64,000 nt of DNA from Acidimicrobiales bacterium (GTDB lineage: Bacteria > Actinomycetota > Acidimicrobiia > Acidimicrobiales > Aldehydirespiratoraceae): the NCBI GenBank assembly GCA_029263215.1, contig JAJCXY010000040.1, positions 14,359 to 78,358 of the forward strand. The letters run 5' to 3'. Shown one piece after another: positions 36,429 to 44,911 of this stretch. The notes beneath the pieces are model-generated. The model saw only the letters and a list, made by a program, of their open reading frames with translations. It did not search any database and had not been told where the DNA came from. The position numbers and the translations under genes are program-made. Position 1 is the stretch's first letter. The number at the start of each line of letters is the position of its first letter.

Positions 36429-37016
36429 CTACTTCGTGATGTAGATCACGTACCAGGTGATCGACCACATGGCGACCACGGTGTTCCAGAACATGGCCGC
36501 AGCCGCGATGCCATCTGACTGACGCGGGCCGTACGAACCGAACAGGGCTCGCAGCATCGTGAGGGCAAGGAAGACCACTGCGAGAATCAAGAAGACGATG
36601 AAGGTGCCGTTGACGACGAAGAAGAAGAATTCGGCTTCACCGTCGGCCAGGGCATAGCCGATGTCGTTGATGATGAACCAGAGCTGGTTGAACACTGCGG
36701 CACCGAACAAGGCGGTGATGGCCATGGCCCACATCGCATTGGTGCGATCGCCGTTCTTGATCGCTTGCACCGCCCACTGAACGGTGAAGACCGAAAGCAC
36801 CAGCGTCCAGAAGATGAATCCGGGCGGACCCAGCTCGACGGTGCCCTCCGGGAACCAGCCCTGACCGGAGAAGGATGCCTCCGCCCGCCGGTGGGCGTAG
36901 ATGCCCAGCAGGCCGAAGTAGACCATCATCGCCGCGCCCGATGCGAACATCGCACCGACCAGGACGGTGCGGGGGCGACGAGTTACCGGAGCGGGCAGGG
37001 CGGTGGTGACGACCAT
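36429..37016 (-). CDS. Divergent cytochrome oxidase subunit III-like protein
   Basis: 195 aa with 5 TM segments. MFWNTVVAMWSITWYVIYI aligns with ctaE LYWHFVDIVWIFIFTVIYL, with His replaced by Asn. The start shares 1 nt with the upstream stop. Confidence 0.6.
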   Translation of the reverse strand: MVVTTALPAPVTRRPRTVLVGAMFASGAAMMVYFGLLGIYAHRRAEASFSGQGWFPEGTVELGPPGFIFWTLVLSVFTVQWAVQAIKNGDRTNAMWAMAITALFGAAVFNQLWFIINDIGYALADGEAEFFFFVVNGTFIVFLILAVVFLALTMLRALFGSYGPRQSDGIAAAAMFWNTVVAMWSITWYVIYITK

Positions 37017-38656
37017 CAGGCGTCCTCCCCATCGGTGTCGGGTTCGCTCGAATCGAGAAGGGGTGACTCAGACACCACGCGAGCGGGCGGCTCGACGAAA
37101 TTGGCGACAGGGGGTGGAGACGAGATGCTCCACTCCAGTGAGTGCCCGTCCCATGGGTCGGCTCCTGCCTCCGGATTGGTCGACCGGAAGGAGACGAGGA
37201 ATCCGCCCAGCGCATAGACCATGCCGCCGGCGATCATGAACCCACCCGCGGCCGACGCGATGAGCAAGGGGTCGACTACGTCGCTTCCGGTCTCGAACAG
37301 CAGGAGGTCGGGGGCAGCGTAGAAACCGGCCACCACATCGGCGGCACCGAGAAGGGTTGCGCCGGTGAGCAGGGTGAGGAGAGCTATCCGCCCGTCTTCG
37401 GCAGCGACGAGCCCACCGCTGATCTTCGGCGACCAGAACCACACGCCGGTAAGCGCGGCCGCCACCGCAGAGAACACCACCAGGTTGAAGATGCCGGTGA
37501 TGGCAGACGTGCCGGCGAGGTCGAAGGGAGCGATGACCCTCAGGGCGCCGCTCGCGACTGCGCCGAACAGCAGGACTGCGGCGGCCAATGCTCCGTGGAG
37601 GTGGGCCGGAGGCCTGTCGGTGGGCTTCTCGCCCCTGAACAGGGTGAGCAATGAGCCGCCGAGCACGCCGAGCACCGGCACCACGGCCAGGAGCCCGAAC
37701 CCAACGAAGACGACATCTTCGGTGGAGTCGAAGAAGAAGGGCTGCGACCAGCCGCCGATGGCCGCGAACCCGAAGACCCCCACCATCACGACCATCAGGG
37801 CGTGATCGGCCTGGCGGGTCTTCGCATAGGCGGGGACCACAGAGCCGATGACTCCGAGCACGGGGATGGCGAATGCGTAGATCTGGGGCTGCTCGACAAG
37901 CCAGGCGATCTGGGCGTAGATCGCTCCGGATGCCTCCGGGTCGCCGAACGTGAGAGGGCCGCCGCGCAGATCGACGTAAATCAGGATCAGGTTGGCGATG
38001 GCCACCGGAAGGGTGAGGAGCCAAACCGCCGATGCCACGAGCATCGACCAGGCGAACAGGGGAACCCTCATCAAGTTCATTCCCGGGGTCCGCAGCGACA
38101 CAACCGTGGTGGCGATGCAGATCGCGGCGATCAGCAGGGCACCTATCACCATGCCGGTGCCCACGAGGGTGAGGGCGATTGCGTCGGCTTCATCGCCGGT
38201 GACGCCGTCGAGGGCACCCCAGCCTCCACCGACCAGCACAGAGACGATCGTGATGCCGGCGCCGAGCAAGAAGCTCCACACCGCAACCAGGGCAGCACGC
38301 GGGAAGGCGATGTTGGTGGAACCGACCTGCATCGGCACCACGAGAGTGGCCAGACCGATGAAGAGAGGCATTACCACCAACAGGACCATGCCCAGCCGGT
38401 AGAGAGTCCACATCTGGAAGTAGGAATTTTGCCCGCCGAAGAAGCCCGACGTGGCGGGTTCGGCTCGTTCCAAGCCAACGAAGGTGCCGAGGACCGTGAA
38501 GGCCACCAGCAGCACCATCGAAACGAGGATCCAGATTCGACCTATCCGCTTGTGGTCAGTCGTGGAGATCCAGTCGTAGAGGCCATGCGCGGCGCTGGGC
38601 GCAGCGGGTGGGTTGTCGGCCACGGCAGAGGCCGGCTGAGACTCGGTCATCGTCAT
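37016..38656 (-). CDS. Heme-copper oxidase subunit I-like protein lacking all canonical heme/CuB His ligands
   Basis: ATG 38656 with a GGAGGA Shine-Dalgarno. Retains DHKRIG, VMPL, AFPR, RTPGMNLMRVPLFAW, WFWSPK and DPWDGHSLEW. At ligand positions it has TLYRL, EQPQIY, WSQPFF and GIFNLV. Confidence 0.7.
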   Translation of the reverse strand: MTMTESQPASAVADNPPAAPSAAHGLYDWISTTDHKRIGRIWILVSMVLLVAFTVLGTFVGLERAEPATSGFFGGQNSYFQMWTLYRLGMVLLVVMPLFIGLATLVVPMQVGSTNIAFPRAALVAVWSFLLGAGITIVSVLVGGGWGALDGVTGDEADAIALTLVGTGMVIGALLIAAICIATTVVSLRTPGMNLMRVPLFAWSMLVASAVWLLTLPVAIANLILIYVDLRGGPLTFGDPEASGAIYAQIAWLVEQPQIYAFAIPVLGVIGSVVPAYAKTRQADHALMVVMVGVFGFAAIGGWSQPFFFDSTEDVVFVGFGLLAVVPVLGVLGGSLLTLFRGEKPTDRPPAHLHGALAAAVLLFGAVASGALRVIAPFDLAGTSAITGIFNLVVFSAVAAALTGVWFWSPKISGGLVAAEDGRIALLTLLTGATLLGAADVVAGFYAAPDLLLFETGSDVVDPLLIASAAGGFMIAGGMVYALGGFLVSFRSTNPEAGADPWDGHSLEWSISSPPPVANFVEPPARVVSESPLLDSSEPDTDGEDA

Positions 38657-38680
38657 CGTTTGTAGGGTCCTCCGACAATG

Positions 38681-38709
38681 ACCGGAGCGCGCGCTCCGGT
38701 CACCGGTGA
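38681..38709. promoter_or_regulatory. Perfect 20-nt palindrome plus an abutting 10-nt palindrome in the leader of the oxidase-like operon
   Basis: ACCGGAGCGCGCGCTCCGGT (38681-38700) is self-complementary. TCACCGGTGA (38700-38709) is also palindromic. Both lie 25-53 nt upstream of ATG 38656. Confidence 0.4.
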
Positions 38710-38842
38710 AATGCGTTCGTGGTGCACCCGGAGAGCACGGGCGCATAGCCGGGGGCGAGCCTACAGTGCGACGGGGTCCCCCATGGAAACCGGGCACCAT
38801 GTTTTGCGCCGGAGCACGCCTGCAGGCGACCGGCGGCTCGGG

Positions 38843-39739
38843 TCAGACGCCGCTACGAACGATCTCGTCGACGGCCATCGCTGCAAAAAGCAGGGTGATG
38901 TAGGTGATCGACCATCCGAACAAGCGCATGGCCAAGTCGGGTTCGGGCCGCCTCAACACCTGCACCGCCAGTCCGGTGAAGATGCCGCCGAGGATCAACG
39001 CCGCGCTCGTGTAGACCCAGCCCATTCCCGCCACCGGCGTGAAGAGCAGGGAGAGGCCCCACATCGCCAGGCTGTAGAGCAGGATCCTCATCGCGGTGGT
39101 GCGCATGCTGGCCACGACGGGCAACATCGGTACTTCGGCCACTTCGTAGTCTTCGCGGTAGCGGATGGCGAGGGCCCAGAAGTGGGGAGGTGTCCAGTAG
39201 AACATCACCGCGAACAGCACCACGGGGGGCCAGGCCAGCTCGTTGGTGACCGCAGACCAACCCACGAGTACGGGCACGGCTCCGGCCGCTCCGCCGATCA
39301 CGATGTTGCGGGTGGAGGTGCGCTTCAACCAGAGCGTGTAGACGAACACATAGAACAAGGTGGCGCACACCGCGAGCACCGCCGACAAGAGGTTGACGAA
39401 CCCCCACAGCCAAGCGAACGCCGCCACCTCGATGGCCCAGGCGAACACGATGGCTTCACGGGGGCTGACCTCACCGGTTACCAGCGGTCGGCCTTTCGTG
39501 CGCTCCATCAGGGCGTCGATGTCGCGATCGACGTGCATGTTGAAAGCGTTGGCGCCGCCGGCGGCGAGGGTGCCTCCGATGACGGTGGCGATCATCAACC
39601 AGACTGAAGGAATGCCACCCTCGGCCACCACCATGGTGGGGACGGTGGTGACCAACAAGAGCTCGATGATGCGCGGCTTTGTGAGTGCCACGAACGCCAT
39701 TGGGCGCGATCGGGAACTCTTGGTGGATTGGGCTCTCAC
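38843..39739 (-). CDS. ctaB: Protoheme IX farnesyltransferase (heme O synthase)
   Basis: LTKPRIIELLL, GGAANAFNMHVDRDID and YWTPPHFWALA UbiA-family motifs. Confidence 0.9.
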   Translation of the reverse strand: MRAQSTKSSRSRPMAFVALTKPRIIELLLVTTVPTMVVAEGGIPSVWLMIATVIGGTLAAGGANAFNMHVDRDIDALMERTKGRPLVTGEVSPREAIVFAWAIEVAAFAWLWGFVNLLSAVLAVCATLFYVFVYTLWLKRTSTRNIVIGGAAGAVPVLVGWSAVTNELAWPPVVLFAVMFYWTPPHFWALAIRYREDYEVAEVPMLPVVASMRTTAMRILLYSLAMWGLSLLFTPVAGMGWVYTSAALILGGIFTGLAVQVLRRPEPDLAMRLFGWSITYITLLFAAMAVDEIVRSGV

Positions 39740-39795
39740 GGATTCAGGCTACGGCCGAGAAGGCGAGTCCCGCCAGCTGGGCCTAACGTCGGAGC

Positions 39796-40722
39796 ATGAC
39801 TCGTAGCTCCCTGTCCCCCGAGCGCTACATCACCTACACGCGCGCCGCCCTCTGGTCGCTGGCGATCATCGTGGTGAGCGGTGGTGCGGTTCGCCTCACC
39901 GGTTCCGGTCTCGGCTGCTCGGATTGGCCCAACTGTCAAGAAGACCAACTGGTCGCTGATCTCGAATACCACGCCCTGATCGAGTTCGTGAATCGCCTGT
40001 TCACCGGCCTCGTCACCGCCGCAGTGGTGATGGCGGTGCTCGGATCGCGTCGACGAATCCCTCATCGCCGCGATCTCACCTGGTGGTCGTGGGGCCTGGT
40101 GGCCGGTGTCGCCGCCCAGGTGGTGCTCGGAGGCCTACTCGTCAAGGCCGATCTCGATCCCCGCTTCACGATGGGCCATTTCCTGCTCAGCATGGTTCTC
40201 GTCTGGAACGCTGTGGTCCTGCAGCACAAGGCCGAGGAGTTCGACCACACCCAGCCCGCCGGGAGCGAGCCCGGAGATCACGACCGTTACGCACTGCAAT
40301 TTTGGGGAAGAGCTGTGCTGGCACTCGGCACCGTACTGTTGGTGACCGGAACGATCGTCACCGGAGCGGGTCCCCACAGCGGCAGCGACGAACCGGACGT
40401 AGCCGCCCGCCTTCCCTTCAACATCCGAGAAGTCACCCGGATCCACAGCATCGTCGCCATCTGCCTCCTTGTCCTGGTGGTGTACGTGATCCGACGAGCC
40501 ACCGACGCCAACCGCGCCGACGTGCGCGACCGGGCCCTGGTGGTTGCCGCCCTGCTCCTCATCCAGGGGGCCATCGGCTACCTCCAGTACTTCACCGGCG
40601 TACCGGTGTTGTTGGTGGCCGTACACCTCACCTTCGCCACCCTTGCCTGGATGGCGATCGTGCGACTCGATTTGGTGGCACGCGAAGCGGTGCCAGTACG
40701 CGCACCCACCCCCGTGGCGTGA
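39796..40722 (+). CDS. ctaA: Heme A synthase (COX15/CtaA)
   Basis: [19 protein letters not shown] and HALIEFVNR, with paired His-containing helices. Divergent from ctaB. Confidence 0.85.
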   Translation: MTRSSLSPERYITYTRAALWSLAIIVVSGGAVRLTGSGLGCSDWPNCQEDQLVADLEYHALIEFVNRLFTGLVTAAVVMAVLGSRRRIPHRRDLTWWSWGLVAGVAAQVVLGGLLVKADLDPRFTMGHFLLSMVLVWNAVVLQHKAEEFDHTQPAGSEPGDHDRYALQFWGRAVLALGTVLLVTGTIVTGAGPHSGSDEPDVAARLPFNIREVTRIHSIVAICLLVLVVYVIRRATDANRADVRDRALVVAALLLIQGAIGYLQYFTGVPVLLVAVHLTFATLAWMAIVRLDLVAREAVPVRAPTPVA

Positions 40723-41006
40723 CCGCCCCTCTTGTCACACCCGAAGTCGACACAGGCGAGCAGGTGTCGTTCGATCGCCCGTGGAAGGTGATCTGCTGGG
40801 ACGACCCGGTCAACCTGATGTCGTACGTCACTTTCGTTTTCCGCAAGGTGTTCGGGTTCTCGAAAGAGAAGGCGCATCGCCTGATGATGCAGGTCCACAC
40901 CGAAGGCCGAGCGGTCGTCTCGTCGGGGAATCGCGAGAAGGCCGAACTCGACGTCTTCCGCCTTCACGAACACGGCCTCTGGGCCACCCTCGAAAGGGAC
41001 GACTGA
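40719..41006 (+). CDS. clpS: ATP-dependent Clp protease adaptor ClpS
   Basis: GTG 40719 overlaps the ctaA stop (GTGA). [46 protein letters not shown]. Confidence 0.85.
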   Translation: MTAPLVTPEVDTGEQVSFDRPWKVICWDDPVNLMSYVTFVFRKVFGFSKEKAHRLMMQVHTEGRAVVSSGNREKAELDVFRLHEHGLWATLERDD

Positions 41007-41485
41007 TGCTCAGGCGGCGGTTCAAATGGAAGAGCGGTCGGGTCGTGGTGGAGATCCCGCCCGACGAACAGGAAATGCTGCGTCACGTCCTGCCCCAGCT
41101 GCGCGAGATGTTGATGGCCGACGACGACCCCGCCTTACGACGACTGGCCCCGCCCGCTCGCCCCGACGACGAAGAGGCTGAACACGAATATCGCGACATG
41201 GTGGGCGACGACCTGTTGCGCACCCGGCTCGAGGCGATCGAACTTGTCGAGAACGGGATCGAAGGCGCATCTCTCGATGAGGATCAGGTCGGAGCTTGGA
41301 TGCAGAGCCTCAACGCCTTGAGGCTGATACTGGGCGAACGTCTCGACATAGACATGATCGGCAACGAGGCCCTCACCGACCTCGATCCCGACGACGACCG
41401 GGCACCGGTTCTCGCCCTCTTCGAATGGATCGGATGGCTGCTGGAGCAATTGGTCGAAGCCGCGATGAACGAATTCGACGACTGA
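41006..41485 (+). CDS. DUF2017 domain protein (the usual clpS partner in actinobacteria)
   Basis: ATG 41006 shares 1 nt with the clpS stop. Acidic helical protein; assignment rests on its position after clpS. Confidence 0.6.
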   Translation: MLRRRFKWKSGRVVVEIPPDEQEMLRHVLPQLREMLMADDDPALRRLAPPARPDDEEAEHEYRDMVGDDLLRTRLEAIELVENGIEGASLDEDQVGAWMQSLNALRLILGERLDIDMIGNEALTDLDPDDDRAPVLALFEWIGWLLEQLVEAAMNEFDD

Positions 41486-41494
41486 ACCGACGCG

Positions 41495-42331
41495 TCAAGT
41501 CGCTACGGGCCACCAGAAGCCGCCGGCGGTACCCGGTCCGGTGTGGGCCGCTATCGACGGGCCCACCCGATAGCGCACCATTTCGACCACCAGATCCGAC
41601 GCGCTCAGGCGCTCCTCGATCCCCTCGGTGAAAGGCAGGGTGGCCGGATCGGCAAGACAGACACCGGCACGAACCGGCACACCATCGGAAAGAAACGGCG
41701 CCACCATCAGATCGCACAGCTCGTCAACGGAGCGACCCGTACCCGTGATGTCGATCGCGGTGCCGAGGCCACCGAGAACCAGCACGCCCTCAGCATCGTC
41801 GGGAAGATGGAAATCGAAGCGGCCACCCTGGCGAGCGAAATCGAGTGCCTGGATGATGAACGAGGTTCCGACGTAGGGGGCCATCTTCGCGGCGCGTTCG
41901 GCGGCCTCGATTGCCGATCCCCCTTCCGCCACGGCGGCGGCCGCCTCCCACACACATGACGAAACGCCGAAAGAAGCGGTTCCGCTGTCGACGATGTGAA
42001 CATCGGCGGCCACGAGATCGGCTGCGATGCTGGCACTGTGGATCGTGCCCGACACATCGGCGGCCACGTGGACCGAGATGATCTCGGTGGCACCGGCGAC
42101 GATCGCGTCGTCGTAGACGGCTCGGAAATCACCGGGACTCGGTTGTGAGGTGGTGACGTCGGGTGAGTTCCCGTCGGCGAAGCGGCGCCAGAAGTCGTCG
42201 GCGAAGAGATCCACGCCCTCGCGGAAGTCGTCGCCGTCGATGGTGACCGTTACCGGCACCACTCGCACCCCGAACCGGTCGACGAGGGATGGCGGGATCT
42301 GGGAAGCCGAGTCGGTTACGAGGGCGATCAT
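41495..42331 (-). CDS. DegV-family fatty-acid-binding protein
   Basis: ATG 42331 inside ORF 41495..42802. MIALVTDSASQIP...TTSQPSPGDF...IHSASIAA pattern. Confidence 0.85.
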   Translation of the reverse strand: MIALVTDSASQIPPSLVDRFGVRVVPVTVTIDGDDFREGVDLFADDFWRRFADGNSPDVTTSQPSPGDFRAVYDDAIVAGATEIISVHVAADVSGTIHSASIAADLVAADVHIVDSGTASFGVSSCVWEAAAAVAEGGSAIEAAERAAKMAPYVGTSFIIQALDFARQGGRFDFHLPDDAEGVLVLGGLGTAIDITGTGRSVDELCDLMVAPFLSDGVPVRAGVCLADPATLPFTEGIEERLSASDLVVEMVRYRVGPSIAAHTGPGTAGGFWWPVAT

Positions 42332-42969
42332 GGTTGGGAGGTCTCCTTCGTGGCGGTGTTGTAGGCGTCGACCCTGTGCCGTTCGGCGCGGAATCGTTCG
42401 GCGATCACGAGGGAGGAGGCAGCTGCCGCAAGCGGAAGGCCGACGGTGGGGGCTGTTCCTCCCGGGTTCGGCAACCCTCGTCGCCACCACAGAATTCCGC
42501 ACCCGACCCAGGACACACTGGCAACCGTGGTTGCAGTACGGGTGCGCTGCTTGAACCACGGGATGGCGGATGTGGCCACCCCAACCAGGAGATCGATGGG
42601 GAGATAGCCGGGGAAGGTGGCTATGACCTGGCCGATACTCGTGGCGACGCCCTTCCCGCCGGTGCGCCCCGGCGGGTGGCAGTGGCCAACCACCGCGGCC
42701 ACGCCGGCGAGATGGGCACCTGCGTCGCCGGCGACACCACGACCGACCCGAGCCGCGAGCACTCCCTTGCCGACATCGGCAGAGGCCACCGTGAGACCCC
42801 ACTTCTTCCCCAGCACGTGGCTGGCGTTCATCCCGCCCGGATTGCCGGTGCCGTCGGAGTGCAGGTCGCTACCCTCGCCCGCGAGTCGGGCTGCTAGATC
42901 GGCCGAGGGGAAAGAGCCGATCACATAGCCGGCCACCGCAGCCAGCAACACTCTTCGCCGCGAACGCAT
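42328..42969 (-). CDS. plsY: Glycerol-3-phosphate acyltransferase PlsY
   Basis: ATG 42969. GSFPSADL...SDGTGNPGGMNA...GKGVAT motifs. The ORF-track extension to 43257 runs through tRNA genes. Confidence 0.85.
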   Translation of the reverse strand: MRSRRRVLLAAVAGYVIGSFPSADLAARLAGEGSDLHSDGTGNPGGMNASHVLGKKWGLTVASADVGKGVLAARVGRGVAGDAGAHLAGVAAVVGHCHPPGRTGGKGVATSIGQVIATFPGYLPIDLLVGVATSAIPWFKQRTRTATTVASVSWVGCGILWWRRGLPNPGGTAPTVGLPLAAAASSLVIAERFRAERHRVDAYNTATKETSQP

Positions 42970-43032
42970 CCCCGCGACGCTAGTGCCACAGAGGCCGTAA
43001 ACTGTCCGCTCGGTCGGATCGTCGGCCGCGCT

Positions 43033-43108
43033 GCCCCCTTCGTCCAGTGGCCTAGGACGCCGGCCTTTCACGCCGGTAACACGGGTTCGAATCCCGTAGG
43101 GGGTGCCA
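43033..43108 (+). tRNA. tRNA-Glu (anticodon UUC), CCA encoded
   Basis: Hand-folded cloverleaf. Acceptor GCCCCCT/AGGGGGT, anticodon arm CCGGC-CTTTCAC-GCCGG, T arm ACGGG-TTCGAAT-CCCGT. Confidence 0.9.
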
Positions 43109-43178
43109 ACGGACAAGGGTTGTGAACCTGGTTTCACCGCCCTACCGTTCCAGGTTCGTTCGGGTTTCTCGAACGAGT

Positions 43179-43256
43179 GGTCCCGTAGATCAGTTTGGAG
43201 TGATCGCCACCCTGTCAAGGTGGAGGCCGCGGGTTCAAATCCCGTCGGGACCGCCA
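43179..43256 (+). tRNA. tRNA-Asp (anticodon GUC), CCA encoded
   Basis: Acceptor GGTCCCG/CGGGACC, anticodon arm CCACC-CTGTCAA-GGTGG, T arm GCGGG-TTCAAAT-CCCGT. Confidence 0.9.
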
Positions 43257-43301
43257 TACAGCCTCAATGGCTGAGGTGTGACAGCTCCGTGCTGTTGTGA
43301 G

Positions 43302-43374
43302 GGTCGGGTAGCTCAGTTGGCAGAGCGTCCGCCTGAAAAGCGGAAGGTCACCGGATCGACGCCGGTCCCGACCA
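43302..43374 (+). tRNA. tRNA-Phe (anticodon GAA), no encoded CCA, atypical T loop
   Basis: Acceptor GGTCGGG/CCCGACC, D arm GCTC-AGTTGGCA-GAGC, anticodon arm TCCGC-CTGAAAA-GCGGA, T arm ACCGG-ATCGACG-CCGGT. Confidence 0.8.
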
Positions 43375-43381
43375 CTCTCAC

Positions 43382-43411
43382 GGCGACCCGACCTCGTGTC
43401 GGGTCGTCGCC
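43382..43411. terminator. Hairpin between the convergent tRNA cluster and the malic enzyme gene
   Basis: GGCGACCCGAC-CTCGT-GTCGGGTCG(TC)GCC followed by ATTTCGGGG on the plus strand. Confidence 0.5.
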
Positions 43412-43437
43412 ATTTCGGGGCTAGGTTCGGCGCCCGT

Positions 43438-44841
43438 TCAGCCTCGCAACACACCCTCGAGAACGGCTGCATCAGCCACCCTGGCCGCTACCTCCGGGGC
43501 GACGCCCTTGTCGAACACCGACGGCACCACATAGTCGGGCTGGAGATCGTCTTCATCGACGCAACCGGCAATCGCATCGGCGGCCGCGACCTTCATGGCC
43601 TCGGTTACCGAGTGGGCGCCGACGTCGAGAGCGCCGCGGAAGATTCCCGGGAACGCCAGCACGTTGTTGATCTGGTTGGGGAAGTCCGAACGCCCGGTGG
43701 CCATCACCGCGGCGAGTCCGTCTACAACCTCGGGACGGATCTCGGGCTCTGGGTTGGCCATGGCGAACACGATCGGATCCTTCGCCATCGACCGAACGTC
43801 GGCCGCATCGATCAGGTTCGGAGCCGAGACTCCGAGGAATACGTCGGCGCCGGCGAGAACTTCACTCAGGGTGCCGGCCTTGCGCTCGGGATTGGTGTTC
43901 GCGGCAAACCACTCCTTGGCGGGGTTGAGACCGTCGCGGCCGGCGTGCACGGCGCCGAGCCGATCCACACCCACGACCTCGCCCGCTCCGGCGTCTCGGA
44001 GGATCTTGCCTATCGCCACCCCGGCAGCGCCCATGCCGGAAATCACGATCGAGACGTCTTCCAGGCTCTTGTCGACGATTTTGAGGGAGTTCTTGAGCGC
44101 CGCCAGCGCCACCACAGCGGTGCCGTGCTGATCGTCGTGGAACACCGGAATATCAAGCGCCTCCTTGAGTCGCTCTTCGATTTCGAAGCAGGCGGGAGCC
44201 GCGATGTCTTCGAGGTTGATGCCACCGAACGCAGGAGCAATCCGCGTCACTGTTTCGAAGATTTCGTCGGGGTCTTTCGTGGCCAGGCAAATGGGGAACG
44301 CGTCGACACCTCCGAACTCCTTGAAGAGCAGCGCCTTGCCTTCCATAACCGGCATCGCCGCGGCCGGTCCGATATCACCCAGCCCGAGTACTGCGGTGCC
44401 ATCACTCACGATCGCAACGGTGTTTCGTTTGATCGTGTATTTGTGAGCGAGCGACGGATCTTCGTAGATGCTCATGCAGACTCGGGCGACGCCGGGGGTG
44501 TAGGCCATCGCCAGATCATGAGCATCACCCACCGAGCAGAGCGGCAGGACCTCGATCTTCCCGCCCTCGTGCAGGCGGTAGGTGCGATCCCACCAGTCGA
44601 GCACCGACACTCCCGGTGTGGAGCGAACCGCTTCCACGATGTCGCTCCCATGCTCTTCAGACCGGCAGTGAACGTCGATCAGGCGTACAACGCTGGGCCC
44701 CTTCGCTTCGAAGCCCGAGGCGCCGGCAATGTTTCCGCCTGCTTCTCCCACTGCAACCGCAAACCGACCCAAGGTGCCGGGAACGTTGTCGAGGGTGATT
44801 CTCATCGAGATCGAATATGCAGCGGTGGGGGCGTTTCTCAC
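43438..44841 (-). CDS. NAD(P)-dependent malic enzyme with an N-terminal ACT domain
   Basis: ACT-like N-terminus (MRITLDNVPGTLGRF), then malic enzyme motifs FHDDQHGTAVV and GMGAAGVA. The start is GTG 44841 or ATG 44805. Confidence 0.9.
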   Translation of the reverse strand: MRNAPTAAYSISMRITLDNVPGTLGRFAVAVGEAGGNIAGASGFEAKGPSVVRLIDVHCRSEEHGSDIVEAVRSTPGVSVLDWWDRTYRLHEGGKIEVLPLCSVGDAHDLAMAYTPGVARVCMSIYEDPSLAHKYTIKRNTVAIVSDGTAVLGLGDIGPAAAMPVMEGKALLFKEFGGVDAFPICLATKDPDEIFETVTRIAPAFGGINLEDIAAPACFEIEERLKEALDIPVFHDDQHGTAVVALAALKNSLKIVDKSLEDVSIVISGMGAAGVAIGKILRDAGAGEVVGVDRLGAVHAGRDGLNPAKEWFAANTNPERKAGTLSEVLAGADVFLGVSAPNLIDAADVRSMAKDPIVFAMANPEPEIRPEVVDGLAAVMATGRSDFPNQINNVLAFPGIFRGALDVGAHSVTEAMKVAAADAIAGCVDEDDLQPDYVVPSVFDKGVAPEVAARVADAAVLEGVLRG

Positions 44842-44911
44842 GCCATGACGCTATCTCTCAGCCGTCACCAACCCCGCACCTGAGACGTCCTCAACAGATG
44901 CGTTCGACTAA

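Noticed and set aside
42970-43257. Extension of the plsY ORF up to 43257
   Set aside because: It runs antisense through tRNA-Glu and tRNA-Asp. The PlsY homology starts at ATG 42969.
43033-43374. tRNA cluster as an integration site for a genomic island
   Set aside because: No integrase, no duplicated tRNA 3' end and no compositional shift are visible on either side. The flanks are plsY and malic enzyme housekeeping genes.
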